A stretch of 64,000 nucleotides of DNA from Mobula hypostoma (Eukaryota), in assembly GCF_963921235.1 (NCBI RefSeq), contig NC_086097.1:203610001-203674000 (forward strand), written 5' to 3'. The notes beneath the pieces were generated by a model. The model saw only the letters and a program-made list of their open reading frames with translations. It did not search any database and was not told the origin of the DNA. This document shows positions 26,013 to 38,507 of this stretch, piece by piece (position 1 is the first letter of the stretch; each line of letters starts with the position of its first letter). A program made the translations under genes and the position numbers.

Positions 26013-26627
26013 CAATGAAACCCAAATGTAAGGAGGACAAGCCAATGATTGGGTACAAATACAGACAGAACAAAGAGCTAAAATGTACCACAGAGGCAAC
26101 ATTCAAAAGGGGGAAGAATGCAGGGTTGAAGGTGCTGTACTTAAATGTGTGTGGTGTTTGGAATAAGGTGGATGAACTCGCGGCACAATTACAGATTGTT
26201 GGTATGGTGTTGTAGTCATCAATGAGTCATGGCTGAAAGAAGACCCTGGTCGATAGTTTAACATCAAATAATGTATTTTGTATCGAAAGGATGGCAGGAA
26301 GGCATGGGCGGTGGTGTGGCTCTGTTGGTAAGAGATGGAATTACATCTTTATAAAGAGGTGACATAATGTCAGAGAATATTAAATCTTCGTGAGTGGAGT
26401 TAAGAAACTGCAAGGGTGAAAAGACCATTATGGGTTTCATATATAGGCCTCCAAGTAGTAGCCAAGAGGTGGGGTTGAGATTGCAAAGGGAGCTGGAAAA
26501 GGTATGTTAATAAGGGTAATCACATAATTGTAATGGGGGACTTCAATATGCAAGGTAATTGGGAAAATCAGGTTGGTGTCGGATTTCAAGTTTGTTGAAT
26601 GTTTACAAGATGGCGTTTTAGAGCTGC
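26013..26627 (+). mobile_element. CR1 ORF2 endonuclease-region fragment
   Basis: LKVLYLNV..NKVDEL, GGGVALLV, IYRPP and MGDFN motifs, with stops. Confidence 0.85.
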
Positions 26628-27625
26628 CTGAATGAACCCTCTGCGTCACAATCAATTTAGCTACCTCTCTAGCCGAAAAATATATGCAGAAAGCTTCTCC
26701 CCTTCTCCTGCTGCATGTTCTGAAACCCGGTCATGAGCTCTGTTGGGCTCCCTGTCATGCCAGTCTCCAATGGTCCCAGGTAATCGGCAGTGTTGGCTAA
26801 GGGTTGCCGTGTTTTCACAGCTCTAACCACGTTAGTGGCCAACCCCTTCAAACTCTCAACCAATCTCTGTCACTTTACGTTATCAGAGCACTGCCATCCA
26901 TCTAGCAGCTGAGAGGTCTGCTCCACCCAAGCCTCGTACTCCTCTTCCCCCTCGAGGGTGGGTGTTATTCCAGAGAATATTCTTAGCTTCCGGTCGGGAG
27001 CCTCTGCCTGTGCTCTGGGCTGCTTATTTGCCAGAGACTGATGCCAACTCAGAACCCTCACTCTTCACTGGGAGTTGGGGACTAATTAGACATTCCAAAT
27101 CTGACCACTCCTTCCCCTCACTCCTCAGAAGTGATAGACCCTTTCTTTGAAGTCTCCACCCCAGCTACAGGAAGCTTGACTTTTGACTCGGCCCGCTCCA
27201 CTACAATCTCCTCCTCCCTGACAGTATGGACAGTCCATGGCCCCACCTCACCTATGGCACTGATAGTAGCAGGCAGTTCCATTGCTGTTACGTCAGCACT
27301 AGTCTGAGCTAAAATAAAGTCTGTGCCCGCCATTTTATGAAACTTCCGCCCTGCAATAGTAACTTTGTCAACAACTTTAACAGCACTCAAAAGTTGAATT
27401 AACAATTCATCTGGAGTACGAATATCCACTCCTCCCAGCACGCACGCATTAGTTACCAGTAACCCCATGGAGGCACACCACTGCTCCACCCCGGCTGCAT
27501 CCATAGCAACACAGACTTCAACACACAACTCACTGATTCAATGCTCAGGGCAATCACACAGCATCCAACGAAATCAATCTCGGATGAGCCCCCACAATTG
27601 TAAGCATGCATCTGTCTAGAGGAAA
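26628..27625 (-). mobile_element. Gypsy 5' segment: LTR remnant, tRNA-Pro PBS and PNMA-like gag pseudogene
   Basis: PBS TGGGGGCTCATCCGAGAT at 27594-27577. Gag reads KLRIFSG..EEEYEAWVEQ..W..SDNVK.RLVESLKG. LTR end remnant at 27599-27625. Confidence 0.85.
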
Positions 27626-27914
27626 TATATTGGACTTTTGACTTTAATAACATTATGAGAGCTTGTTCATATGTAAGGATGTCTTTAATTCAGACTTTCA
27701 TAACTTGGCCTGTAAATAACACCTTACCTTTTTGCTTTCCCTACTAGAATGGGTAATGTTTATTCATATAACTCTGCACCTCTATTATATTTGCCCACTC
27801 ACTCAACTTGTCCTGGAAGCCTCCTTACTTCACCCTCATGAATCACATTCCCGTCTATATTTGGATTCATTGGCAAAGTTAAAATAGAACCTTGGCTTCA
27901 ATTTATTGAAGATT

Positions 27915-30900
27915 ACCTATATCTTCAATTTTGGTGCCTCCCCAGTTCCTGCAGGTTGGAAGAGGAGGTTGATAGAGAGATGTTGAAGCTGGAAAGTGTC
28001 TTTTCCACTGATGAGTTTGATGTGGGTTGTTCCAAGAGTACTCATCACACCATCCAGGTGACTGAGGACATCCTGTTCAGATTGGCCCTTGTGGAGGGGG
28101 AAGATGCTCGGCAGCATTTGTGTAAGTTGAAGGAAGCTGGGATCATCACCCGGATCCCGAAGCCCCTATGCGTCCCCAGTAGTAGTGGCCAGAAAGAAGA
28201 ATGGGAAGAATGGGAAGGTACAGATGTGTGTGGACTATAGGACTCTGAACAGGTGCACCATCCCTGACCAGTATACTGTCCCGAGGATTGAAGACACGCT
28301 GGCCTGTCTGAGTGGTGTGAAGTGGTTCAGTGTGCCGGACTTGAGGAGTGGATATTACCAGATCCCCATGAGTGAAGCTAACAAAGAGAAGGCGGCATTT
28401 ATATGTCCCCTGGGATTCTTCCAGTTCGAAAGGATGCCCCAGGGTGTATTGGGAGCTCCTGCAACCTTCCAGCGGGTCATGGAGAAGACAGTGGGGGATA
28501 TGAATTTGCCTGAGGTATTGTTGTATCTGGATGATCTCATAGTGTTTGGGTCCAGCTTGGAAGAACATGAAGTGAGGTTGTTGAAGGTGCTGGGCCACCT
28601 GAAAGCTGAAGGGTTAAAACTTTCCCTGAACAAGTGCCAGTTCTGCAAAATGTCTATGTTGGGCACATAGTCTCACGGGGTGGTGTAGCTAAAAATCCAG
28701 CTACGATAGAGGCGGTGGCCACCTGTCCAAGACCTCAGACAGTGAGCACTCTGCGCACGTTCCTTGAGTTCTGTGGTTACTATTGGAGGTTTGTGAAGGG
28801 CTACGCGAAAGTGAGTCACCCGTTAAATCAGCTTCTGTGCAGTTACCCCCCCCCAGGGAAGAAAGAGAGGGGGAAAGAGGACAGGAGGGTGGAGAGTATC
28901 CCAGCCTGTTGGAGCCCTCTGGACCAAGGTGGGATATAAAATGTGAAGAGGCCTTTCAGTCGCTGAATTAGCTGCTGATCCAGGTGCTGGTGCTGGCTTT
29001 TATGGATCCCCGATTGCAGTATGTATTGTGCACAGATGCCAGCCGAGAGGGATTGGGGGCACCCTGTATCAGGATCAGGTCACCGGGTTGAGATCCATTG
29101 CGTTTGTCAGCTGGAGTCTGTTGCCCTCTGAGGAAAAACTATCCCACGCACAAGTTGCTGGCATTGAAATGGGCGGTAGTGGATAAGCTGAGTAACTAAC
29201 TCTATGGTGCCAAATTTGACGTGAGGATGGACAACAATCCCTTAACTTATATGCTGACCTAGGTGAAACTGGATGCCACAGGCTATCAATGGTTGGCAGC
29301 GTTGTCTGCCTATGATTTCAGCCTGAAGTACCGGCCGGGAAGTAGGAACATTGACGCTGATGCTTTGTTCTGATGGGCACATGAGGGACTGGACAGGAAT
29401 GAGGAGTGGGAGAGCGTTCCTGCCCTGGGGGTGAAGGCCATGTGTCAGTTTGCCATCGCAGTGAATGCAGAGGGGAGGAAGGGGCAAGATCGAGCAGTGG
29501 ATCAATTGGGAGCTTCTGATGATGCCATTCCACAAGTTTAATGTAACCTGACGGCTCTGAAGACAAATCGGCAGCCGGAATTGAGTTCTGGGGAAGTGGC
29601 AGCTGCTCAATGAGATGACCTGGACATCGGTATCATTTGGTCAGCGGTTGAAAAGGGAGACATGGCTCAGGTAGAAAAGACACAACACACGGTGATGCCT
29701 CCATTACTGAGAGAATGGCCTTGGTTGGAGTTGTGGAACCAGATCCTACACCGGATCACGTCACCCCCGGACCGACCTCGGCATTGTCAGCTGGTTCTGC
29801 CCGAGAAGTATCGGAGGATGATGTTGAAGTCACTTCATGATGATTCTGGACATTTGGGGGTTGAAAAGACCTATGGATCGCTCAGAGATCACTTTTTCTG
29901 GCCCTGAATGAAGTCAGAGGTCGAAGAATACTGCAAGTTGTGCATTCGAATCATATGGCAGAAGATGCTGCCTACGCAGGCAGCTCCCTTGTCCCACTTG
30001 CTGAGTGCGGGGCCTCTGGACCTGGTGTGTATGGATTTCCTGTCAATAGAATCTAATTCCAGCAACATGGCGAATGTCTTAGTCAGGATGGACCACTACA
30101 CCAGATATGCGCAGGCTTTTCTTACCAAGGACCAGAGGGCGTCTATCGTGGCTAAAGTGTTATGGGAGAAGTGTTTCATTTATTATGGCCTCCCCAGGTG
30201 GGCACATAGTGATCAGCGATGGGATTTCAAAAGCAGACTCATCCATGAGTTACTGGGCATGCTTGGAGTCGAGAAGTCGAGGACCACTCCCTATCATCCT
30301 CAGGGTGATCCCCAGCCCGAGAGGTTTAATCAGACCTAGCTAGACGTGGTCCAGACCCTGAAGGTCAGCAAGAAGAGCAGGTGGAGTCAAAATATTGGAC
30401 ATCTGGTCCACAGTTACAACTGTACCCAAGATGAAGCTACTGGGTACTCGCCATATTATCTGATGTTTGGGCATGAGGCGAGGTTGCCCATTGATCTTTG
30501 TTTTGGGACTGATGAGGGTGACTTGGCACCAAAGACTTAACTGAAGTACGTGTCTAATATGAGAAGGAAGCTGAAAGGGGCTTTTAAATTAGCTGGGGTC
30601 GTGGCTGCCAAGCAGAATGAAGGAAATGAGGAGGCTTGATCCAAAGATGAGGTTCTCCCAACTCCTGCTGGGAGACCGAGTCCTCATAAGGAAATCTGGG
30701 GCTACCTGGGAAGCATAAGCTGGCTGATCAATGGGCGGCTACGCCCTGTGTGGTGAAGAGTCAGATGCCAAACCTACCAGTTTTCCGGGTGAAACCAGAG
30801 GATAGGAATGGGCCTGTCAAGATTCTCCATCGGGACCACTTTCTGCCAATGGGACAAGAGGTGTAGGTTGATCCAGAGCCCGATCTGGAGCCTACACCTG

Positions 30901-31330
30901 GTAAGAGGATTCTGCAGAAACACGAGGTTACTGCAGAGCCAACAGTAGGGGAAGTTAAGCCAGCCCCCACCCCTGAGAGGGATACTGACTTGGAGAATGA
31001 GGACCTGGATATGTGGTATATACTGTATTTTGCTAACTCCCCATTGACTGAGGAAGAGATTCCCAGCCCTTCTCCCGCTGGGTCAGATGAAATTGGGAGG
31101 GCTATCTGTGGACAGCCTGGGTTGCAGCGCGACCCTGCAAGGGATGAATCGGGACTTTGCCATGGGACAATGGGGTCCGAGTTGCAGGTGGGCAGCAGTT
31201 ATAGGCCCGGGGAGGCCTCGCTAGTTAGACCAGAAGTATCCCCAGTAGTGTCGGAACCTGAAGAGTTAGGTGAGGGGAAACGGAGGTCTCAGAGAATTAG
31301 GAGACCACCGGATAGGCTGCTTATGTAGCA
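27915..31330 (+). pseudogene. Gypsy pol pseudogene (RT, RNase H, integrase)
   Basis: MCVDYRTLN, DLRSGYYQ, MPQG, YLDD; RNase H TDAS; integrase LHDDSGHLG, CMDF, HSDQ, PYHPQGDPQPERFN. Many stops and frameshifts. Confidence 0.92.
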
Positions 31331-31474
31331 CCGGGAGAACAGAGTGTGGCCCCTACCATTTTGGGGAGATATGTCACTACCTTTTACACCTGGGTTGGAC
31401 CTTGTGCTTTGCAGTAAGGGTTGGCGAATTATCGCAAAGTCATGAGGGCATGACTAAATTTGGTGGGGGGAGAG

Positions 31475-32064
31475 TGTAACACTCTGTAAGGTTGCACTGC
31501 TAATGTAATGGCCTTTCTGTAATGTTTCACTACTAATGTAATGGTTTCTCTGTAGCAGCAGTGTTTCGGTTATGACTAGAGATAATGGGGACTTTGGAAT
31601 GTGCGCCATCCAATGAGAGGCATGTTGTTTCTTCTTGTGTGTCTGAGGGAAGAGATTCGCGGCATTTTGTCGGCGAGAGATGAAGAGAGAAGACGCGAGT
31701 GGGGAGAGTTGGTAGACCACCGGATGGAGTGGACTTGGAGCTGGGATCCAGGAGTCAACAACGCTCGGAGGAGGTCGATGGGGAACGAATGGACAGAACC
31801 CTGAGCTCCAATGTGCACATTAGGCTGTTTCATTAAAATGGGCCCTTTTACTTCTTGTTTTCTTTACTAACCCCATAGTCAGATTAAGAATTATAAAGCT
31901 CAGTCGTTTAATTGCATATGGTGTACCGTCTGATGTTTTGCAGTATGGATTTGTAATCGGGCTACACATCATGCAGCATCCACACAAATGAGATTTCTCA
32001 GTTTGGCTGGGCCAGAGGCTGTCTTCCCCTAGACAAACGCATGCTGGCCGAACACAAGGGTTAC
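31475..32064 (+). repeat. 3' LTR of the Gypsy element
   Basis: TGTAAC...GTTACA termini, preceded by PPT GGTGGGGGGAGAG. Confidence 0.85.
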
Positions 32065-32529
32065 ATTTACATATGCTTATTCCTATGGACAATAGACAGT
32101 TTTCTCTCCCTTCACTTTTTGTAATTGGTCATTCTTATGAGAGCTCTTTCATCTGCAGGTATGTTATTAACACAGATGTTCGAAAGCTGGGGACGGCTGC
32201 AAATAACACCCTGCCATTTTGCTTTTCCTGCTGAGGTGACATTTGTTGATATTATACTGCACTTCCCATATCTGATGCCACTCATTACCATACAGGTGAG
32301 ATATGGTTATCAAATTGAGTGATTTTCGTATATTTTCTGACTTAAGCACAACATTTGATTTATGGACCTCTACAATAATGGAACCTGTTTGGTACCTGAG
32401 GGCAGCCTGTTAATGGCAACAGAATGCAAAATGTTGGCATATGAAAGGACCTTGTATCTTGTACACCAGTCACCAAAAGCAAACATGCAAGTGCACCAAT
32501 GGTTAAGAAGGAAAGTGACATGTTGGCCT

Positions 32530-33388
32530 TGTTACGTACCCCGTAACTGGGCTGCCAAACCAACAGAAATGGATGACTCAGATGGAGTCTGGATTACTAG
32601 AACTAAGGAAGTTTTATTAAAGAAACAAGCAACACAGTACTCTAATTAAAAGGATAATGAATGCAACAGTTCAGCAATGATAAACATACATGTACACAGA
32701 ATTAAGATAACAAGATTAATCAAGCTCCATCGTTGTCTAGGGGTAAAAAACCAGTTTCAAAGTGACACAAAGTCCAGTTCAATTTAGTTCAGTTCACAGT
32801 CATCATTGCCATGCGATGGACAGTGGGGGGGGGGGAGGAGAGAGAGCAAAACGAATGAATATTCAACACAGCTTCCACACACAGACCTTCGCAGTCAGCT
32901 GTCGGGCGAGCCCTTTGTGATATTATTTGAGGTCACCGACCGTGACCCCTCCGTTTCCAGATACGACCGTTTCTCTGCACTGAACCTGGCACCCAGGCAA
33001 GGGTGGACACACACCAGGTTCCCGCCGATTATGCCTTTCCACCCTGAGCGTCTAAGGCTGATCCCGCGATCAGCCGTCCAAGAGCTTTCCACCGACTTGT
33101 GAGAGGCGCACCGCTTCCAGGGTCTCGTTACCTCGGGTGTCGTGTGTGTCTTGCCTTAGCGAACCTGTCCCTTTTTATCCCCCTGCTGGGGTATCGCCTG
33201 TCCATCACTTCAAACAGTTCAGAGTTCAAAGGGGGAGCCGCTCTAGACAGCTCCCTCTCCCGTCCCTTCATTACACATCTCCAAATGCTGCTCCGTTGTC
33301 TTCCTTATCTCTCTCTCTCCCGAAGACAGGTGGCAGACCAACTGCTGATCACACAGGACAGCTAACATCTATGTGTATTCTTGTCACA
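32530..33388 (-). repeat. 3' LTR (859 bp)
   Basis: TG...CA termini; direct repeat of 36556-37417. Confidence 0.95.
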
Positions 33389-33566
33389 CTTCCCCCCTTT
33401 AAGGATTTTTACCGGGGGGTAAAAATTAACGAACATGAACACATTATTTGATACACACACAAATATACATCTTTATCAGCTATTTGGCTAATACAGCGAG
33501 TTTGAAGTTGTCGACACCTTGACAGACAGTCAGCCATCACATTTTCTGTTCCTTTTATATGTGTTA

Positions 33567-34531
33567 TTAATAATCCCTTAGACCAGGCTCCAACTTAGCA
33601 AACTTCATAGTGGCCAAAAACACTGATGAATTGCGATCAATGTAACCTCTCATTTGGTTTTGTCCCAGACCACAATAACAAGGGTCGTCCCATTCCGACT
33701 TAGTTTTCTCTCGCAAGGGCTTAGTAGGAGGGGGAGGGGTAGTGACCGCAGAGTTATTGCAAAACTTCCTACAGTACCCCACCATCTCCAAGAGCCTTCT
33801 GAGGGCCCTCTTTTCTGCCGGGGTTGGGAGGTCAGCGATAGCCTGCACTGTAGCTTGCATCGCTGCCAGCTGCCCCGTGTCACCACAATTCCCAGGTAAG
33901 TGACCTTCGTGTGGCCGAACTCATTTTTTTCAAGGTTCACTATCAAGCTGGCTTCAGACAGCCATATTAATTTGCCAATACACACCTCTGTGTTCGTCAG
34001 CCCTTTAGTCATTGAATTACTCATTCTATATGGATGTTGCTTACTAGGCTGACAGACAGACACCACCCAACGTCCCAGTTCTTTGCATCGCCTCGGGACA
34101 GTCAAACACATGGGTGCGAGTCGTTTAATTACTTCTCCTAAAGAGTCGCTTTGTTCGGGGATTAAGGGAGAGACCTTATCAGTGGACCTGGCCAAAACAA
34201 TAGCCTTCTCCCATCTGGTCGATACCATACTCATCTTTTCAAAATGGTTTTTTTCTCTTATCAAGGGGACCCTAGCTTCATTGATTTCCGCGCTAATATC
34301 GACTAGGTTAGTTAGCATATCAAAAGCCTGTGACCGTCTCAGTTCGCGTCGGTCATAATCAATAACATCCTTCCTCCTGGGCAGCCGGTAAACCTCTTTC
34401 ATGATTCCACCAACTGTTCCCTCCAGTACCGCAAAATGTCCACCGGGGGGGTACCTTGTGGGCCAGGTTAAAAACCTCATCCCCATAACTCTTTTGCACC
34501 ACCCCCCACTCCTCATCTGCGGGCACGGCAC
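33567..34531 (-). pseudogene. Pol remnants: integrase N-terminus followed by pieces of RT
   Basis: LAHKVP-PGGH..T...KDV (integrase Zn region), KQHPYRM, VNLEKNEFGHTKVTYLG and LRRLLEMVGYCRKF. No YxDD, DDE core or RNase H seen. Confidence 0.75.
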
Positions 34532-36456
34532 TTGGTCTCCCTTGCTTCCTTAGCACTTCCTCCTCCACACAATAGCCTACTAGTTTCCTTGTCAAGTCTG
34601 TGTCAGAGAGAGCTGTCTCTGCCAAAACCATCAGCCCCTCATCTCGCTCCTGCGTCTGCACAAATTCTTCCCTGGCTAATGCTACGTCTGTCGCAGCTCC
34701 CTCACTATCTCTTGTCTCACTACACTCCTTCTTTTCATTTTCTACCCCCTTCTCGTACAAGGTTGGCAGAAACGTCTCAGCTAAATTTACCACCGCAGCC
34801 CCATGATGAACCTGTGAGTCCATGGGCGGGGCCTCAATGCTGGCAGGCTGACCTGTCAATCTCACGGCTGGGAACACGATTCCCCCGGCGATGTCATTAC
34901 CAAGCAAGACTTCCACGCTTTTCATAGGTAATTCGGACCTCACCCCGATCGTGACTAGTCCAGAGACCAGGTTGCTTTGTAAGTGTATCTGGTGCAAAGG
35001 GACTGACTCTGTCCCTTTCCCAACACCTTTGACCTTTACCTCCCCAGTCTGGGTCTCTGAGCTAAACTCTAATACACTCTTCAGTATTAGTGACTGACAC
35101 GCTCCCGTGTCTCTCCAGATCCGCACTGGAACTGGTTTTAACCCCTCCTTCACCGACACCAATCCGGCCGAGATCAACTTCTCGCGCCCTTCCTGAACTT
35201 TGGCAGACCTGTCCTGTCCTAGCGGTTCGCTTACCAGCTCGATACAGCCAGTCAAAATCGCTGTTTTCCCTTTACCCGTCTCCTTCTTTGGGGCAAAGCA
35301 CCTGGACGCAAAGTGTCCGACTTTCCCGCAATTATAATAGACGACCCCAGGAGACTTCCTACCAGACTGCTCCTGATCTACCTTATCCTTCTCACTAGTC
35401 CCCGGCTTACTTTCTGACTTTTCCGGCGGACCCTCCCCGCCGTCCTGACTACCCTTCTGGTAGCCTTTACTCAGGACAAACTTCATCTTATGTGTCAACG
35501 CATACTCATCCGCTAACTTAGCAGTTGCGGCTAACGTGGCTGCCTCTTTCTCATCGAGGTAGGGTCTCATACCCTCAGGGACACAACCTTTAAACTGCTC
35601 AATCAGGATCGGCTGTAGCAGTCTGTCATAATCCCCCTCTACCCCTTTCGAGGCACACCAACGCTCACAATATGTCTGCATCTCACGGGCAAACTCTAAA
35701 TACGTGCGGTCCCACTGCTTCCTCGCATTCCGGAACCTCTGCCGGTATGCCTCCGGGACCAACTCATAAATCCTGACGATGGCCTCTTTCACCACCTCAT
35801 ACCTCTGGGCATCTTCCGCGGACAAAGCTGAGTAAGCTTGTTGGGCTTTCCCTTTCAGTACACATTGAAGCAAAACAGCCCACTTATCCCTCGGCCAGTC
35901 CTGACTTATAGCCACTTTTTCGAAATGGAGAAAGTACCGATCCACGTCGGTATCGTCAAATGGGGGAACCAGCCTAACCTCCTGGGTCGCCCGGAACCCT
36001 CCACCTTGGTTCGGCACGAGCCCCTGCTCTGCCCTTATCTTTAACTTCTCCAGCTCGAATTCCCTTTCCCTCTGTTTCTCCTCTCGCTCGCACTGTCTCT
36101 CTCTCTCCCGCCTTTCTAACTCTTTCTCTTTCTCTTGCCTCTCTCTCTTGCTTCTCTTCCTTCTCTTCTCGCTCCAACTGCTGTACCTGGAACTCATGCT
36201 CGAGTCTCAGTTTTTCAAGCTGCACCTGTACCGCGTCTCCGGCAGGTTTTTCAATAGACACTACCTCCAGCTCACCTTGGGGAAACACACCTTTAGATAC
36301 ATAGTGCTCTACGATAGCTCTGTGTATCTCCTCTCTCCTCATTGTCGACTTCCCCTTAGCAAGATTCAACCGTTTGGCCACAGCTACCAATTCCGATTTC
36401 CTGGCATCCTCTAATGCCTCCAAGGTCGGCGCCTTTATAAATTCCTCAGCCTCCAT
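34359..36456 (-). CDS. Gag (SCAN-like capsid domain, Zn knuckle) plus protease, with one frameshift near 36150-36190
   Basis: ORFs 35974-36456 and 34359-36197: FEKVA..WP..WAVLL..LKGKAQQAY..VPEAYRQRFR, YYNCGKVGHFASRC, RDTGA. Confidence 0.85.
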
Positions 36457-36555
36457 TTCTGCTGTTTCTCTTTTCTTTCTTTCAGGAATTTTGACCCAAT
36501 CAATTTACTCCGTCCCAAATTTAGCGTTCAAAATCGCGGACGAGAACCCCACTTA

Positions 36556-37417
36556 TGTTACGTACCCCGTAACTGGGTTGCCAAACCAGCAGAAATGGAT
36601 CACTCAGTTGGAGTCTGGATTACTAGAACTAAGGAAGTTTTATTAAAGAAACAAGCAACACAGTACTCTAATTAAAAGGATAATGAATGCAACAGTTCAG
36701 CAATGATAAACATATATGTACACAGAATTAAGATAACAAGATTAATCAAGCTCCATCGTTGTCTAGGGGTAAATGACCAGTTTCAAAGTGACACAAAGTC
36801 CAGTTCAATTTAGTTCAGTTCGCAGTAATTGTCGCCATGGCGATGGACAGTGGGTGGGGGGGGGGGAGGAGAGAGTGCAAAACGAATGAATATTCAACAC
36901 AGCTTCCACACAGACCTTCGCAGTCAGCTGTCGGGCGAGCCCTTTGAGATGTCATCTGAGGTCACCGACCGTGATCCCTCCGTTTCCAGATACGACCGTT
37001 TCTCTGCACTGAACCTGGCACCCAGGCAAGGGTGGACACACACCAGGTTCCCGCCGATCGTGCCTTTCCACCCTGAGCGTCTAAGGCTGATCCCGCGATC
37101 AGCCGTCCAAGAGCTTTCCACCGACTTTTGAGAGGCGCACTGCTTCCAGGGTCTTGTTACCTCGGGTGTCGTGTGTGTCTTGCCTTAGCGAACCTGTCCC
37201 TTTTTATCCCCCTGCTGGGGTATCGCCTGTCCATCACTTCAAACAGTTCAGAGTTCAAAGGGGGAGCCGCTCTAGACAGCTCTCTCTCCCGTCCCTTCAT
37301 TACACATCTCCAAATGCTGCTCCGTTGTCTTCCTTATCTCTCTCTCTCCCGAAGACAGGTGGCAGACCAACTGCTGATCACACAGGACAGCTAACATCTA
37401 TGTGTATTCTTGTCACA
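36556..37417 (-). repeat. 5' LTR (862 bp)
   Basis: Direct repeat of 32530-33388; AATAAA on the minus strand at ~36640. Confidence 0.95.
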
Positions 37418-37800
37418 GCCTTCACAGCAAGAAGTTTTGAGTACAGAGGCAAGAGTATCTTATTCATTTATATGGGGACTTAGTAAGACCACTCCTGGAA
37501 TAAGCAATGAAAAACTTAGCATTGAAAGAGTGCAGTGAAAGTACACCATGCTGATCCCTGAAAAGGCAGGACTGCCATCTGATAATGTCACCTGGGTTTG
37601 CATTCACTAGAAAGAGGGAGGATGCTCCCCTGGTTGGAGACGTCTAGAGTAATGGGTCACAACATTAGGATACAGAATGCAACATTTGGGAATGAGATCA
37701 GAAAAAAATTTCTTCATTCAGAGGCTGAAGAACTTGTGAAACTCTATCACTGAACATTTGAAAATCAAGTCACTAAGTATGTATACTTAAAGAGTGGATA
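37418..37800 (+). mobile_element. Old CR1 fragment that served as the LTR element's target (left part ~32400-32529)
   Basis: Joining the flanks restores MLAFTARSFEYR, a CR1 RT C-terminal segment. Confidence 0.75.
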
Positions 37801-37824
37801 AGTAACCCATATGATTGTATGATA

Positions 37825-38507
37825 ATTGGAAGACCCTGACCTGAGTTACACGCCAACTTTGGTTCTTTGCGGGAGTGGAACCCACTTTCGGGGTTTCATA
37901 ACTGACCATTGTTGTTCAGCATGCCAAGGGCTCAGCCTAAGAGTCCGGCTTGAATTCGGAAGCCTAGGATCTCGGGGCTCTGGAAACGGGTGGATCGAGG
38001 GTCGGTGTCATGGCAGGAGATCCGTGTGTCGTCGGGGCAGTCGGGACATCTGCTGTGTGCCCGAAGACCCGAGATCTTTGAGATCTTCTGGCACAGAGCC
38101 CGAAAAAAGCAACATAATGGACTTTTAACTTCATAAACTTATGAGTTGTTTGTTATGTCGCCCCACTTGCTGGGAAATGGAAACACCTCATTCTCCCTTA
38201 TTAGGGAGAGAGAGAGCTTATGGTATGTCATATACCGGGTGAAACGCCAAGTCTTTGGGGTAACTTGAGTGCTCGGTGGTGGGTGCCGTTGCCCGTTGCT
38301 TTTTTTGCCGGGGGGGAATCATTGCTCGCTGCCGCTTATGTGCAGGAAGGAGGGGAGCTGGGGGGGACTGTGGGGTTCTCACATTTAACTGTCGTTCATT
38401 CTTTGGGGCACTCCTCTGTTTTTGTGGATGGTTGTGAAGAAAAAGCATTTCAGGATGTATATAGTATACATTTCTCTGACATGAAATTGAACCGTTGAAC
38501 CTTTGAT
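37825..38507 (+). mobile_element. Non-autonomous retroelement with LINE-like 3' tail
   Basis: CpG-rich non-coding body ending ATGAAA-TTGAACCG-TTGAACCT-TTGA, similar to the Rex1-type tail at ~55070. Confidence 0.55.

Larger units (their letters stand above)
32530..37417 (-). mobile_element. Young, internally deleted Gmr1-like Gypsy LTR retrotransposon
   Basis: Near-identical LTRs, TSD GCCT at 32526-32529 and 37418-37421, Pro-like PBS TGGGGTTCTCGTCCGCGAT ending ~36533, and PPT AAAGGGGGGAAG abutting 33388. Confidence 0.95.

Noticed and set aside
34359..36197. 612-aa ORF as a host SCAN zinc-finger gene
   Set aside because: It lies between LTRs with PBS, PPT and TSD, and has no C2H2 fingers.
32806..37483. 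Duplicated ORFs at 32806-33451 and 36829-37483 as paralogous genes
   Set aside because: They are incidental frames within the two LTRs.
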